Source: Sulfolobales archaeon HS-7 (GTDB lineage Archaea > Thermoproteota > Thermoprotei_A > Sulfolobales > Sulfolobaceae). From it: 64,000 bases of DNA. Location: the NCBI GenBank assembly GCA_019704295.1, contig AP024596.1, positions 192,001 through 256,000 on the forward strand, in the 5' to 3' direction. A program made the translations under genes and the position numbers. How positions within the stretch are numbered: position 1 is the first letter of the stretch; each line of letters begins with the position of its first letter. Positions 30,968 through 41,024 of this stretch are shown here, piece after piece. The notes under the pieces were generated by a model. The model was not told the origin of the DNA and did no database searches. It saw nothing but the letters and a program-made list of their open reading frames with translations.

Positions 30968-31192
30968 CTATCTTTCGTTTCTATCCTCTCTAACTGCAGT
31001 TATCCAGTCTTCTTCTCTTACGTCCTTCATCAACTCCTTAATTTTAGTTGCAGTGTCCCTAAGTTCATCTTTTTCTTTTTGACTTATTGCATCCTCTAAC
31101 GCTCTCTCAATAACTTCTCTAACGTTAAGTCCCAACTCCTCTGCTCTTCTCTTTAACTCTCTCCTAACTCTTACGCTTATCACGTCCGACAT
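30968..31192 (-). CDS. vapB: VapB/CcdA-like RHH antitoxin
   Basis: MSDVISVRVRRELKRRAEELGLNVREVI...AVREDR; upstream ACGTATACGT palindrome. Confidence 0.85.
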   Translation of the reverse strand: MSDVISVRVRRELKRRAEELGLNVREVIERALEDAISQKEKDELRDTATKIKELMKDVREEDWITAVREDRNER

Positions 31193-31398
31193 AATTACGT
31201 ATACGTTAGTGACGTATATAAAGGTTTGGATTAGGAAGGTATATGATAATGTACGTAAGTTTCAATGCCTACAATGGTGGAAGTGTTTGTGATATATTCA
31301 GGTATAAGCTTAAGCTGTTAAGTTAACCGGGCACGGGTTACAATGTGTATACTCGTCAGTAAAGGCGTTTTATACACATTTACTACTCCCCCCATAAC

Positions 31399-31561
31399 AG
31401 GTGATTCACGTCTTCATCACTAATTCAGTATATTAAGGAATATGAAATGAATTTGATTAAATGTCATCGTAGGGACTAGGAGGGGATTGACACATAACAA
31501 TTTCCTTTATTTAATACCTATTTGCTATAATTACAATTCCCAATGGAAACCTGAATCGCCC
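31399..31561 (-). mobile_element. MITE (subtype B), copy M9; abuts the stop codon of 31561..32922
   Basis: TIRs AGGTGATTCACG / CCTGAATCGCCC; aligns with M5 and M6. Confidence 0.8.
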
Positions 31562-32922
31562 TATGTGTTCTTACCGTCCTTTTTCCTAAATATCAGCAAA
31601 ATTATTACTTCGGCGATAACTACGGCAGCAACTAATTCATAGAACTTTTTAAAATAGTCTGATTGAATTACCGTTGTAACAACTGTAGTGACTTCGTGAA
31701 GAGTTATAAACGTTTCGTCAGGCAGTACAATGGTTTTGGTTTGAGTTACGGTTTCCGTTATAGTTTTTGTAACGGTTAATGTTAAGATCGACGCGTTAGT
31801 TGAACTCGTCAATGTGGAAGTAGAGCTAGTAGTGGTCGTAATGTTTTTGGACGTACTTCCGTTAATAAGGATAGGTTCGTATGAACCGTTAATTAGGGTA
31901 AATACGTACTCCTCTTGGGGAACCCAGAAGTTATTACTCCCGTATATACGCACTTCCGAAACCACGTGATAAAGCTTCTGTAGTTTGAACTGCGTTACGT
32001 TGGGCAGAAGGTTATCATAAGGCAACGAGAAATTGCCGTAGGGATAGACTTCAGCACCCTCTACGTATTCCGTTTGATTAACGAATATCGATGAGGTACC
32101 GTTGGGGTACTTTATGACCCAGAGGCTGTTAAACGGGAACACTAAAACCTTATTCCCGCTTATAATAAGGCTAGGTAGGGCAAGTATTTGAGGCTCGTAA
32201 AGCATATTACGTGTATTATTGTATACCACAAAGACGGTATTTCGTGGGGCTAGGTAAGCCCTACCGTAAACTGCGCTCTCTCCCGTATTGGGGAAACCAC
32301 TGAAAATTGCCGGGGGTACGTACCATTTGTCATTTACTTTTATTTCGCTGGAAATTGATACGTTAAATCCTGGTGCAAAATAAGCTGTTGAACCGTTTCC
32401 ATATCCCACTACTACCGTTCCAGAATTAGTGCCTACAACACCTCCATACACACCAGGTACGTATTTGGAAATGTCATCTTTCCACGTAATGTTAGATAAG
32501 CAAAAGTCAATTACGACTCCGCTCCCGTTATTTTGCCACACCATGGTTAAAACATAAGTGTTACCGGTCATCTCCAATTCTGTAGAGACGATGTGATAAC
32601 TCCCGTCGTAAAATATACTAATTCCCCATCCTGGGTGAAAATCCTCTCCGTAATACCAAAGAACGTTCTGCACAAATATTGGCGAATCATTAATGGAAAG
32701 ACAGACATTCTGTTGAACGGAAGGTATTTGAGAGGTGGTACTAATATTGTAATACGTAATTGTCGAATTAATCCCATTAATTTGCATTACGGGGAATTCA
32801 TAGCCGTAATCGTCAGGACCTATCCCCACACATATGCCGATCTGCGAATAGGTTAACATTGCTAACGCCGACAAAGCGATTACGATCGCCATGAGCAAAA
32901 TACATGACGAATTACACGACAT
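31561..32922 (-). CDS. Thermopsin-like (peptidase A5-like) cell-surface protein
   Basis: Signal peptide; SVQQNV..FVQNV, VVGYGNGSTAYF and NTGESA resemble thermopsin motifs; Thr-rich stalk and C-terminal TM anchor. Confidence 0.6.
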   Translation of the reverse strand: MSCNSSCILLMAIVIALSALAMLTYSQIGICVGIGPDDYGYEFPVMQINGINSTITYYNISTTSQIPSVQQNVCLSINDSPIFVQNVLWYYGEDFHPGWGISIFYDGSYHIVSTELEMTGNTYVLTMVWQNNGSGVVIDFCLSNITWKDDISKYVPGVYGGVVGTNSGTVVVGYGNGSTAYFAPGFNVSISSEIKVNDKWYVPPAIFSGFPNTGESAVYGRAYLAPRNTVFVVYNNTRNMLYEPQILALPSLIISGNKVLVFPFNSLWVIKYPNGTSSIFVNQTEYVEGAEVYPYGNFSLPYDNLLPNVTQFKLQKLYHVVSEVRIYGSNNFWVPQEEYVFTLINGSYEPILINGSTSKNITTTTSSTSTLTSSTNASILTLTVTKTITETVTQTKTIVLPDETFITLHEVTTVVTTVIQSDYFKKFYELVAAVVIAEVIILLIFRKKDGKNT

Positions 32923-33203
32923 TTAAACCAGTCTCAGCAACTGTTATAAAATAATTCGTAGTAGGAAAATAAATTTGATTACCACCTATTGCTATTCCCT
33001 CGGTTCGTTTACTTTACCAATTCGATGTTAGCCAAGTCCTTTACACTTAGAAAGTCCCCATGCTCAATTAAGAGCTTTTCATTTTACGCTTCTACTGTAG
33101 ATGTAAAATCGGGGTCTAAGTCTGTACGATTATCTTTTGATAGAAAAGGCTAAGCCTTACTTTTATAGGTTTCATTTCTTTGAACTCCAGTTCTATATTA
33201 TAG

Positions 33204-33364
33204 GGGAGTTTCAGATTTCCATTGCGAATTGTAATTATAGCAAATAGTGATTAGATAGAGGAAATTGTTAATTCCGAAACTCAACAGTCCATGCGATAGT
33301 ATTGAATTAAATTTACTCTATTTTTCTAAATAAACTTAATCCACAATGAACGCGTGAATAGCCC
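33204..33364 (+). mobile_element. MITE (subtype B), copy M10
   Basis: GGGAGTTTCAGATTTCCATTGCGAATTGTAATT...GAACGCGTGAATAGCCC; 161 bp. Confidence 0.8.
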
Positions 33365-33466
33365 CTATAGGCTAAAGTAATTAAAGTATTTCAATCACAG
33401 CGAGTTTATTCTAATGTCTGTTAACGCAGATAACGTTAAAATCCTAAAAAAACTAATTATGTTCTA

Positions 33467-34198
33467 TTAATCCCCTGAGGACTTCAGGGAGTCAAGTAAC
33501 GATAAGTATGCATCTTCTAGGTTCCCTTTTTTCAACCCGGTCGTTATCTCTGAGGGTTTTCCCACGGCAATTATCTTCCCCTGAAAGAGGATCGCTATGT
33601 TGTCTGAGAGGTTTTCCGCTTCTTCCATATAATGGGTCGTCATGAAAACTATCCTCCCCTCCTTCTTTACTTCCCTTATGTAGTTCCACAGATCCCTTCG
33701 CGTCTGAGGATCTAATCCTACACTGGGTTCGTCCATGAATATAATAGAGGGGTTTCCCGCCAGAGCACACGCTATTGCTACTCTCCTCTGATATCCACCG
33801 GAAAGTCTTCTGAACTTAACTCTCCTGTAATCCTCAAGTGAAAAGAGGGAAATTAATTGCTCCGTTTGATTGTTACGTCCAGAATAGAGCTTGACGAAGT
33901 ATTCAATATTCTCCTCAACCGTAAGATCTGCAAAACCCACGAATTTTTGGGGTACAACGCCGATTTGCCCCCTGATTTTCGAACATCGCTTAGGAACTTC
34001 CAATCCGTTTACTATTACTTCTCCTGCCGTAGGACGAGTGACGCATGACAATATATTAACTGTGGTTGTCTTACCTGCTCCGTTAGGACCTAAGAGTGAG
34101 AAAATAGTTCCGTATTCAACGGTGAAACTAATCCCCTTTAGGGCTTCTACATTCTGTTTGTAAATCTTTTTTAAATTCCTAACGGTGATGCCGCTCAA
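33467..34198 (-). CDS. ABC-2 type exporter ATP-binding protein, no adjacent permease
   Basis: GPNGAGKTT, LSGGYQRR, FMDEPSVGLDP, TTHYMEEAE. Confidence 0.88.
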   Translation of the reverse strand: MSGITVRNLKKIYKQNVEALKGISFTVEYGTIFSLLGPNGAGKTTTVNILSCVTRPTAGEVIVNGLEVPKRCSKIRGQIGVVPQKFVGFADLTVEENIEYFVKLYSGRNNQTEQLISLFSLEDYRRVKFRRLSGGYQRRVAIACALAGNPSIIFMDEPSVGLDPQTRRDLWNYIREVKKEGRIVFMTTHYMEEAENLSDNIAILFQGKIIAVGKPSEITTGLKKGNLEDAYLSLLDSLKSSGD

Positions 34199-34589
34199 CT
34201 AGCCCATCTACAGTCTATTTTCTTTGAAACAAAAAACGATTTTCTTGTAAATTCTTGAAATCTTAGTAACCAGTGAAAGCCATCGCTGTGTTATTTCCTT
34301 TGTAATTGTGTGCGTTCTTGGGCAGTCCATACGTTAAGGCAAATTATAGTATTCTTCATGAATTAGTATAGTTCGGCATATAATGATCTAAATATAATTG
34401 TAAGAGAAATGAGGATGGCTTTAATATTATGAGAATAATCTTAGAAGTTTTACGCGATAGTATACTGTAGAACTTGCAAAATTTTCCGCTAGAAGTAGAA
34501 CAGACGGGAGCCTATCGGACCCTCTCCTTTCCTTAAAGCTGATAGATCACGGAATAAGATTCTGATACTTCCCTAAACCTCTTATGCAG

Positions 34590-34676
34590 ATTAGCGCGAC
34601 CCTTAAGGCCTGTGAAGCCCTCTACCACTAACAAGGCGAAGTTGTGAAGCAGAAAGCTTTCTCCTTCAAGGTAGAT
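34590..34676 (+). mobile_element. Possible IS200/IS605-group tnpB right-end remnant
   Basis: GCCTGTGAAGCCCTCTACC..GGCGAAGTTGTGAAGCAGAAAGC..CCTTCAAGG resembles IS605-type 3' ends; degenerate. Confidence 0.35.
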
Positions 34677-34819
34677 GCAAAAATAGGGAAGTTGGTTATC
34701 AAGTAACGGAAAAATTATTTCGATAAGTACTTACAGGTCTAAGCCTATGGAGTTAGTTCATGACTAAAGGATATTAAGGGCTAATTTAACTCTTGCATCC
34801 ATATCTAGAACTTATTATA

Positions 34820-35509
34820 CTAAACCAGCTTGCTATTTATTCTATTTTCTAACAGGTACAGAATTAATGAAATTGACCCAGCTAAGGAAGAAGCTACTAA
34901 TAGTGGAATAAATAATTCAGGTTTTGCGGAAAGGACAAACGTCAGAGAAAACAGGAAATAGGGTATTATGAAGAGTGGACTTAGCCGGCTATAATAGGTC
35001 CTGTTGGAGAAGGTAAGCGAGATTATGAGGGATACTAAATACCATCCCAAGAAATTGGTCACTGGGATCCCAAACCATTCAACAGCCGATGGCGCCCACG
35101 TCCAGAAACCAGCCGTGACCATTACGGGGTCGACAGACAAATCTATTATGACCATAAGTAGTGGGAAAAAGATCACTTTATACTTTTTGGGAAAATCCAT
35201 TATGACTAAGTAAGATATAAAACTGAATACTCCCCAACCCAATATAACGAATATTGGGACACCTAGGATATAAGGCGGAAAGTTGTATGCATAACGGCCG
35301 AAGGGAATTCCTGTGTGTATTCCCAATTCCTCGAAGAGAAATCCGACTATCATTGAAACTAAGACTACCGTTATAACATCTTTTCTTCTTATGGAGATTA
35401 GGATTAGAGAAACGATCGATAACAAAAAGAAGGTGATGACAGATCCGTTCAAAATTATACCTACAATCAATATGACAAGTGAAGCTAGTTGAACTTTATC
35501 AATATCCAT
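34820..35509 (-). CDS. Carotenoid biosynthesis membrane protein (CruF/DUF422 family)
   Basis: EELGIHTGIPFGRYAY, GVP..LGW, DLSVDPVM...FWTW, FGIPVTNFLGW. Confidence 0.85.
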   Translation of the reverse strand: MDIDKVQLASLVILIVGIILNGSVITFFLLSIVSLILISIRRKDVITVVLVSMIVGFLFEELGIHTGIPFGRYAYNFPPYILGVPIFVILGWGVFSFISYLVIMDFPKKYKVIFFPLLMVIIDLSVDPVMVTAGFWTWAPSAVEWFGIPVTNFLGWYLVSLIISLTFSNRTYYSRLSPLFIIPYFLFSLTFVLSAKPELFIPLLVASSLAGSISLILYLLENRINSKLV

Positions 35510-35889
35510 GTAACTACGTTCAGGCGATCTCTTAAGAGGCTCTATTAAACTTATTGGTCAAGGAGATCGGGAAAAAGGCCCTTGGGATAAGATAAGTCAC
35601 AAATAGGGGGTTATGAGGAAAGGGTTTAAAATTGTATCTCCTTAAGGGCTTCGCGATCGTGATAAAATATAGGTGGGAGATCTACAGACTCTTCTACGTT
35701 AGGGTGAAATTACCTGTCTTGTACGAGGAGGGTCAGGACACAAGTATAAGATAAACTGAAACAGGAGAGCAACGGAGTGGTTAAGTACCTTCCCATACTT
35801 CTCCTTTTGGGGGTTATTCAAAGGCCTTTTTAGTAGCAACACCAAACGCCAAGAGCAACTTCAAATAGGTAGATGGAAAAACGTTAAAG

Positions 35890-36072
35890 TAACTTTTACG
35901 GGAAAACGTATAGCATTAAGGGTGAGGATAGCGACTCCCTATGAGGGTTTAGTCTAAGGAGGTTCAAGTTGTCCAAAGGTAAGAACGCCGAGGACTACGC
36001 TGTTGATATATGCAACTTTCTGAACTCGCTATTTCCATAGCTGTGTTAGATACGAGGCGTGTAGTACCTTAA
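35890..36072 (+). pseudogene. Decayed coding remnant homologous to 11295-11410
   Basis: Shared blocks ACGGGAAAA..ATAGCATTA..GGATAGCGA and CCATAGCT.TGTTAGA...GCGTGTAGT.CCTT; several stops; identity unknown. Confidence 0.45.
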
Positions 36073-36229
36073 AGAGGAACAGCGAGCGAAAGGAAGGAAT
36101 TAAACTTTCTTAATCTGAAGTAGGACAACCTCATGGGGACACCTTCGTACCCTGGAAAAAGGGACTCAACAGTTAAAACCCCTTTTAGGAGAGAAAATAA
36201 CTTTAATTTACCTAAAAAGAATAGAACAT

Positions 36230-36610
36230 ATGTATTTCAAACTAAAACAGGAGGAGGTTAAACTCGAACAGGTTCAGGTTCCAGGTTCACGTGATGCCTT
36301 TATTCAATGGTTGGCTACTAGGGAAAGGGGTTCTACGAGATATGCGGTCAGGAAATTCACCGTGAAACCCGACGGTATCATAGCCATGCATAAGCATCCG
36401 TATGAGGAGGCAGTTTACGTGATTAATGGAGAGGCTAAGGTTTGTGTAGGTGAAAGAAAAGAGGATATTAGGCAAGGAGAGCTAATTTATATATCGGGTG
36501 GCGAACCCCATTCCTTCTTCAATCACAGTAAGAACGAGCTAGAATTCATCTGTATAATTCCATACATAGAGGACATGACCATTACCCCAGTTAGTGGCGA
36601 CTGCGTTTAG
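36230..36610 (+). CDS. Cupin domain protein
   Basis: HKHPYEE.VYVINGE and G.LIYI.GGEPHSF metal-binding motifs. Confidence 0.88.
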   Translation: MYFKLKQEEVKLEQVQVPGSRDAFIQWLATRERGSTRYAVRKFTVKPDGIIAMHKHPYEEAVYVINGEAKVCVGERKEDIRQGELIYISGGEPHSFFNHSKNELEFICIIPYIEDMTITPVSGDCV

Positions 36611-38237
36611 AGCCAATCAAGGAGAACATGGACCTCTTTATTCTCTGAAAGTCCTGTTTGAAAGTGCCCATTAATGGAGAACCCTCTAGTGGAGGAACCC
36701 ATCTAAGTGAGTAAGTAACGGTCGCAACAGCCTGTTCCACAGTCCCTATTTCGGTATTTACTGGGGACCCTTTAACCATTGATGCCAGAACGTTTAAGAG
36801 CCATACCAAAGTTGCACCGTCGGCTAAGAAAGCTCCAGCTGTAGCAACGACTTCAGCTATTACGTTTTCCGGAGTCCTAGGAAATATTTCAGATCTCCTA
36901 ACTATTCCATCGAGCCCAAGCTGATCAAACCCGTATACTATCATCCCCGCTCCTATTGTGTATCCGAAGAAGTGTACCCACGCCGCCTTTGTAGAATACC
37001 AGTTCCTTCCCGTAATTATAGGGAGGATCAGGTAAAGTATTGCGAAACCTGCTGGGACAATGGAGAAAAATATCATAGCATGGAAATGGCCTACCACCCA
37101 CATTGTGTTGTGAATTATGGAGTCAAACGAGATTGTACCGTTGGCTATTCCCGTTACTCCCGCCCCAATTGCTCCAGCGAATGCAGTAACGACCCATGCC
37201 GTGATCACGTTCCATTCCACCTTTCCTCCCCTAGCGGTTGCCCACAGATTGAAAAAGGTCATCATTGACGGAACTACGACCGCATAGGTGAAGATTTCCT
37301 CAACTATTTTCAGGACGACCGGAAGGTCTACCATATAGAGGTGATGAATGGGGACGTTATTGGAGAAGATCAGGTAGAGTATGGCTGAAATCCTTCCCAT
37401 TCTGTCACTATAAAGCGGTTTGTTCGATAATAGAGGTACTAGTACGTAAAGGGCGCCAACTGCCGGAAGCCATGTCATATACACTACTGAATGACCGAAA
37501 ATCCACCATGAAATTTGATTTGCAATGGGATTTATTGAAACCACATTGTAATACCCTAAAACGTCCCATATATCCGAGAAAGTCCTTCCAGAATAACCCA
37601 TTAAGTACACCAGGACGTCCATAAGGAAGAAGAGAAGACCGATAGGAAGTTTCTGACTCATTTGCTTACTCGCCAAGTAGAAGTGATAGAGAATCCATAT
37701 GCCCATTATATAAGTACCTATATCTACCATGAGGCTTCCAATAAACCAAAGGGGAGACGCCACATAAGAGGAGTAACCAGGCAGTCCTATCGGAGAGAGG
37801 TAATACCAACTAGTTGCAGGGAAGAAGTTATCGTTGAACTTAGGGTATAGTATTATTGGTCCTTCCTGTAGCATAAAGGATATGTTAAATATTATGAAGC
37901 CAATGTTGAATACCCATTTCCCCCTTGCTTTTACTTTCGTTTGCCAGAATAAGAAGAATATGAAGATAGCGAACTCTAGCTGCTGCGCAAAACCGAGTAG
38001 ATCTCTAACCGCATGCAGACCTATTCCCGCGTAGTATTCCTGACTTGTCATCAACAAAGTGGCCTGAGTACCCCAAGCGGCCTCTTGGATCCTAACCATA
38101 AGTGAGTCAATGAGTCCTAACACCCCCCAGATTAATGCCATAACTATCATTCCCATAACTACGCGTTTGTACCATTCATCATTCTTGAGTTGAAACAATT
38201 GGTTAATAATATCTGTTAGCCCTATTTTCTCTGCCAT
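36591..38237 (-). CDS. foxA: Heme-copper oxidase subunit I, FoxA-like
   Basis: His ligands in [21 protein letters not shown]; sequence resembles Sulfolobaceae FoxA as recalled; divergent from a subunit II gene with small genes between. Confidence 0.75.
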   Translation of the reverse strand: MAEKIGLTDIINQLFQLKNDEWYKRVVMGMIVMALIWGVLGLIDSLMVRIQEAAWGTQATLLMTSQEYYAGIGLHAVRDLLGFAQQLEFAIFIFFLFWQTKVKARGKWVFNIGFIIFNISFMLQEGPIILYPKFNDNFFPATSWYYLSPIGLPGYSSYVASPLWFIGSLMVDIGTYIMGIWILYHFYLASKQMSQKLPIGLLFFLMDVLVYLMGYSGRTFSDIWDVLGYYNVVSINPIANQISWWIFGHSVVYMTWLPAVGALYVLVPLLSNKPLYSDRMGRISAILYLIFSNNVPIHHLYMVDLPVVLKIVEEIFTYAVVVPSMMTFFNLWATARGGKVEWNVITAWVVTAFAGAIGAGVTGIANGTISFDSIIHNTMWVVGHFHAMIFFSIVPAGFAILYLILPIITGRNWYSTKAAWVHFFGYTIGAGMIVYGFDQLGLDGIVRRSEIFPRTPENVIAEVVATAGAFLADGATLVWLLNVLASMVKGSPVNTEIGTVEQAVATVTYSLRWVPPLEGSPLMGTFKQDFQRIKRSMFSLIGSKRSRH

Positions 38238-38442
38238 AATATAGAACTACTCTGAGATCTTTATAAACTTTCTTTTTAAAAAAATAAACGCCTTTTCTAC
38301 TTCATTTTCTAAATACTAAAATTACCTCCCTTGAAAGGAGATCCACCTATTAAATAGCGTGTATAAGAAGATCAATATAATTGTGAAAGTATATACTATT
38401 AAGCAGATTTCTTGGGGTTGTTGTTGGTAAAAGTATATATAT

Positions 38443-38757
38443 TTGATTAAGTGTACATATATTATGGGAGAAAAAGACGAGAGAATTATAGCAGAAATGA
38501 GGTTGACTGACGGAAAGTTAATAGAGGAAAGGGGGAGTTGTCCTGTAAATAAGGATAAACTATTCCGCATTATCCAAGAAAATATTCAAACAGCAAAGGA
38601 GCATTACTCTAGTGAAATAGGGGACGTAATGGGATTCACCATGATCCTTGATGAAATGGGGTTTTTAGTCCTGAGGGACAAGGTGATCGTGGTAAAGGCA
38701 AGGGCTGTGTGCTGGGACGACCTCATAAAGAAGTACATTGAGGTGAGGGAAAATTAA
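38443..38757 (+). CDS. Small hypothetical protein of the oxidase cluster (roadblock/DUF2173-like)
   Basis: 104 aa; GF.MI...KVIVV....W..L pattern shared with the next ORF. Confidence 0.6.
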   Translation: MIKCTYIMGEKDERIIAEMRLTDGKLIEERGSCPVNKDKLFRIIQENIQTAKEHYSSEIGDVMGFTMILDEMGFLVLRDKVIVVKARAVCWDDLIKKYIEVREN

Positions 38758-38761
38758 GGGA

Positions 38762-39166
38762 TTGAGGAGAGTAGTCGACGAAAATGATGAATTGGGTAAG
38801 GTGGCAAGAGAGGATCTAAAGAAGGGTATGGAGGAGGCTAAAGAGCTTGGATTTAAAAGAATTAACGGATTCGCAGTAATAGGAACAAAAGGTAGTGTAG
38901 TTCATGTAAGGAATAAGGTGATCTTGGTCGATACTTACAATACAAACTGGGACAGCCTATTCCGTTATTTCACCTTCTTTAAGGGCTACTTAATAGCTGG
39001 GGTTGTTCTCTTCTCTTTGGCTCTACTGATGACCTACTTGTCGTTCTTTACCTCATACATGAATTATTTTGAACCTGGACCTAAAATCTACTCCAACATA
39101 CTACTTTACATAATATCAATAATCCTATTGTTTATGTCTAGAACTAAATGGAGCTATAGACTCTGA
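38762..39166 (+). CDS. Small hypothetical protein with two C-terminal TM helices, paralogous to the previous ORF
   Basis: GFAVIG...KVILVD...NWDSLF followed by two hydrophobic segments. Confidence 0.65.
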   Translation: MRRVVDENDELGKVAREDLKKGMEEAKELGFKRINGFAVIGTKGSVVHVRNKVILVDTYNTNWDSLFRYFTFFKGYLIAGVVLFSLALLMTYLSFFTSYMNYFEPGPKIYSNILLYIISIILLFMSRTKWSYRL

Positions 39167-39438
39167 AAACGAGGAAACGTTGTGTAAAATAGAATTTAAG
39201 AGAATTACCTTTTCCATCGTATAGGGGCTTAACAAGATTTACTATCCTCGTGGGGGATTATATTCCTTTTAAAAGATCCTAATGAGATTAAACATAAAGA
39301 GAGATCAAAGATAGATCAAAATGAGTTGTTCAGAAAAAAGAACAATATTAGCGAATTTAGGCTTAAACTAGTACTTTCTGAAAATCTAGAAAAAGGTTTA
39401 ATAACTTGAAAAAGGGATAATCTACTTGTGATGAATAA

Positions 39439-39615
39439 TTGTTCGGCGTATTAATATACCTAAGCTTAACCGGTGCATTTCTAATAGCTCTAAGTTCACT
39501 GTTTTTATTTCTTGACGGATCATCGCTTTTAGGTCAATGGGGCTGGTTGGCCGTATTAACTGTGGGGATATTCATGATTTCCCCCTCACTCCTTAGGGAG
39601 ATGAAAGGAATATAG
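39439..39615 (+). CDS. 58-aa two-TM protein missing from the ORF track
   Basis: TTG start after GTGATG; LFGVLIYLSLTGAFLIALSSLFLFLDG..WGWLAVLTVGIFMISP; promoter AAAAAAGGTTTAATA upstream; stop 9 nt before foxB. Confidence 0.6.
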   Translation: MFGVLIYLSLTGAFLIALSSLFLFLDGSSLLGQWGWLAVLTVGIFMISPSLLREMKGI

Positions 39616-39624
39616 GGTGATAAT

Positions 39625-40713
39625 ATGGATAAGAATGAGAAATGGGAAATTTCGTTCACTCTTTTCGTAATATTACTTTTTGCCATTGTAATAGTGGCGA
39701 CCTCAGGTCAGGACTTTCAGGTGGGCGGAGTGCCGCAAAGTGCCAAGTTAGTTAAGGACTATTCCACACAGAGAGTTGTCGACGTTCAGATCACTCAGGA
39801 ACAATACGTTTTTAACGTGACTGAGATGGGTGCTGTAAACGCGACTTTCGAAGGCCGTAATTACCTCTTTAACTTAATATTCGCTCATCCCGGTGAAGTC
39901 CTAAACCTAACCATGAGCGCTAAGCAATACCCCTATGGTTCCGCAACGGGGAACTTCTACTTTCCAGATTACGCAGATAGGTTTGTGGATGATCAGATCG
40001 TACCTGGACTTACGGCATACGATGCTCTACCCGTACCCAATGTTACGGGGGTATACGCTTTTCTTGATGGGGAGTACGACGGTCCTTGGTTTTCCTATCA
40101 GTTAGGAGAACTGTTGGTACTTCCCTCCTCTGGGTATTTCACTACATACAACTTAACTACCTATTTCCTCCAAACTGAGAAGGCGTACACTACGGGACTT
40201 GTTGGCGATCCCTATAATCCGCCAATAGTCTTCTTCAATAACACTGATACACCAGTAATTTCCTTTGTAGGTGACCAGGAGGGACTCCTTCATCTGACAA
40301 CTTCTGGATATCTTGAAAGCGTTGTTAGTGCAAGTAGAGCGAGCGTCCCCGCACCTACAGTTATCGTAAAAAGAGGTTCCAACGTTACGTTAACGATCTA
40401 TATTCCATATCCTGTGTCAGATAATGACTTCTTCAAGACTTACGTTAACGGTACGGCTGCTCCCTTATACAATGTAACCCTTGGGATCTACGGTGTATAT
40501 AATAACGGTACAATTGTACCCGTGGCCACTACACAGATTAAATACAATACTACATTAACGTTTAATTTTAACGCAACTTTCCCCGCTTACATCTACGGAA
40601 TTGTAAATCCCGTTTTCACTCAATATAACCCTGATAACGAGGCTAATTTAGTAACTGGAGAGGATTTCGGGTTAGTTATGGGGGCTTGGGGAGTAATCCT
40701 GGTGGAGGAATGA
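39625..40713 (+). CDS. foxB: Heme-copper oxidase subunit II-like protein (FoxB-like), CuA ligands absent
   Basis: N-terminal TM (KWE..FTLFVILLF); cupredoxin features QYVF, QIVPG, GVYAFLDGEYDGPWFSYQ. Confidence 0.65.
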   Translation: MDKNEKWEISFTLFVILLFAIVIVATSGQDFQVGGVPQSAKLVKDYSTQRVVDVQITQEQYVFNVTEMGAVNATFEGRNYLFNLIFAHPGEVLNLTMSAKQYPYGSATGNFYFPDYADRFVDDQIVPGLTAYDALPVPNVTGVYAFLDGEYDGPWFSYQLGELLVLPSSGYFTTYNLTTYFLQTEKAYTTGLVGDPYNPPIVFFNNTDTPVISFVGDQEGLLHLTTSGYLESVVSASRASVPAPTVIVKRGSNVTLTIYIPYPVSDNDFFKTYVNGTAAPLYNVTLGIYGVYNNGTIVPVATTQIKYNTTLTFNFNATFPAYIYGIVNPVFTQYNPDNEANLVTGEDFGLVMGAWGVILVEE

Positions 40714-40716
40714 GGA

Positions 40717-40908
40717 ATGCAGATAAGCATGTTTAAGGCAATGGGAATAGGATACATGCTGGCTTTGGCTCTTCTTCTTTGGGAAATAGGTGATATCTCT
40801 CTCCATAAGGCTGCAATGCCGTTCGTCTTACCCTTCACCTTAGCCGCACTGGTGGGATTCTTGGCCTATTTTCTCTTCGTATACTTTGCGCCCAAGGAGG
40901 AAAAGTAG
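40717..40908 (+). CDS. Small two-TM protein, probable oxidase accessory subunit
   Basis: 63 aa, hydrophobic; starts 3 nt after the subunit II stop. Confidence 0.65.
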   Translation: MQISMFKAMGIGYMLALALLLWEIGDISLHKAAMPFVLPFTLAALVGFLAYFLFVYFAPKEEK

Positions 40909-41024
40909 CACTAATAAGCCTTTCTCTACTCCAATTAGGATTCTTTTATCAAATACTTAGGCGAAGAATGAAGGGCGAATTACACGTCTATTACTAAAAA
41001 AGCTTTTTTCGGAACGATAATACT

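Noticed and set aside
22115-35509. Phytoene-dehydrogenase-like, ICMT-like and CruF-like genes as a carotenoid cluster
   Set aside because: Not adjacent, no phytoene synthase or cyclase in the window, and the oxidoreductase looks PYROXD2-like
38322-38570. 82-aa minus-strand ORF
   Set aside because: Overlaps the better-supported 38443 gene on the opposite strand and covers its promoter region
39415-39426. GATAATCTACT resembling the start of a Sulfolobus CRISPR repeat
   Set aside because: Single 11-nt match inside a promoter region; not repeated
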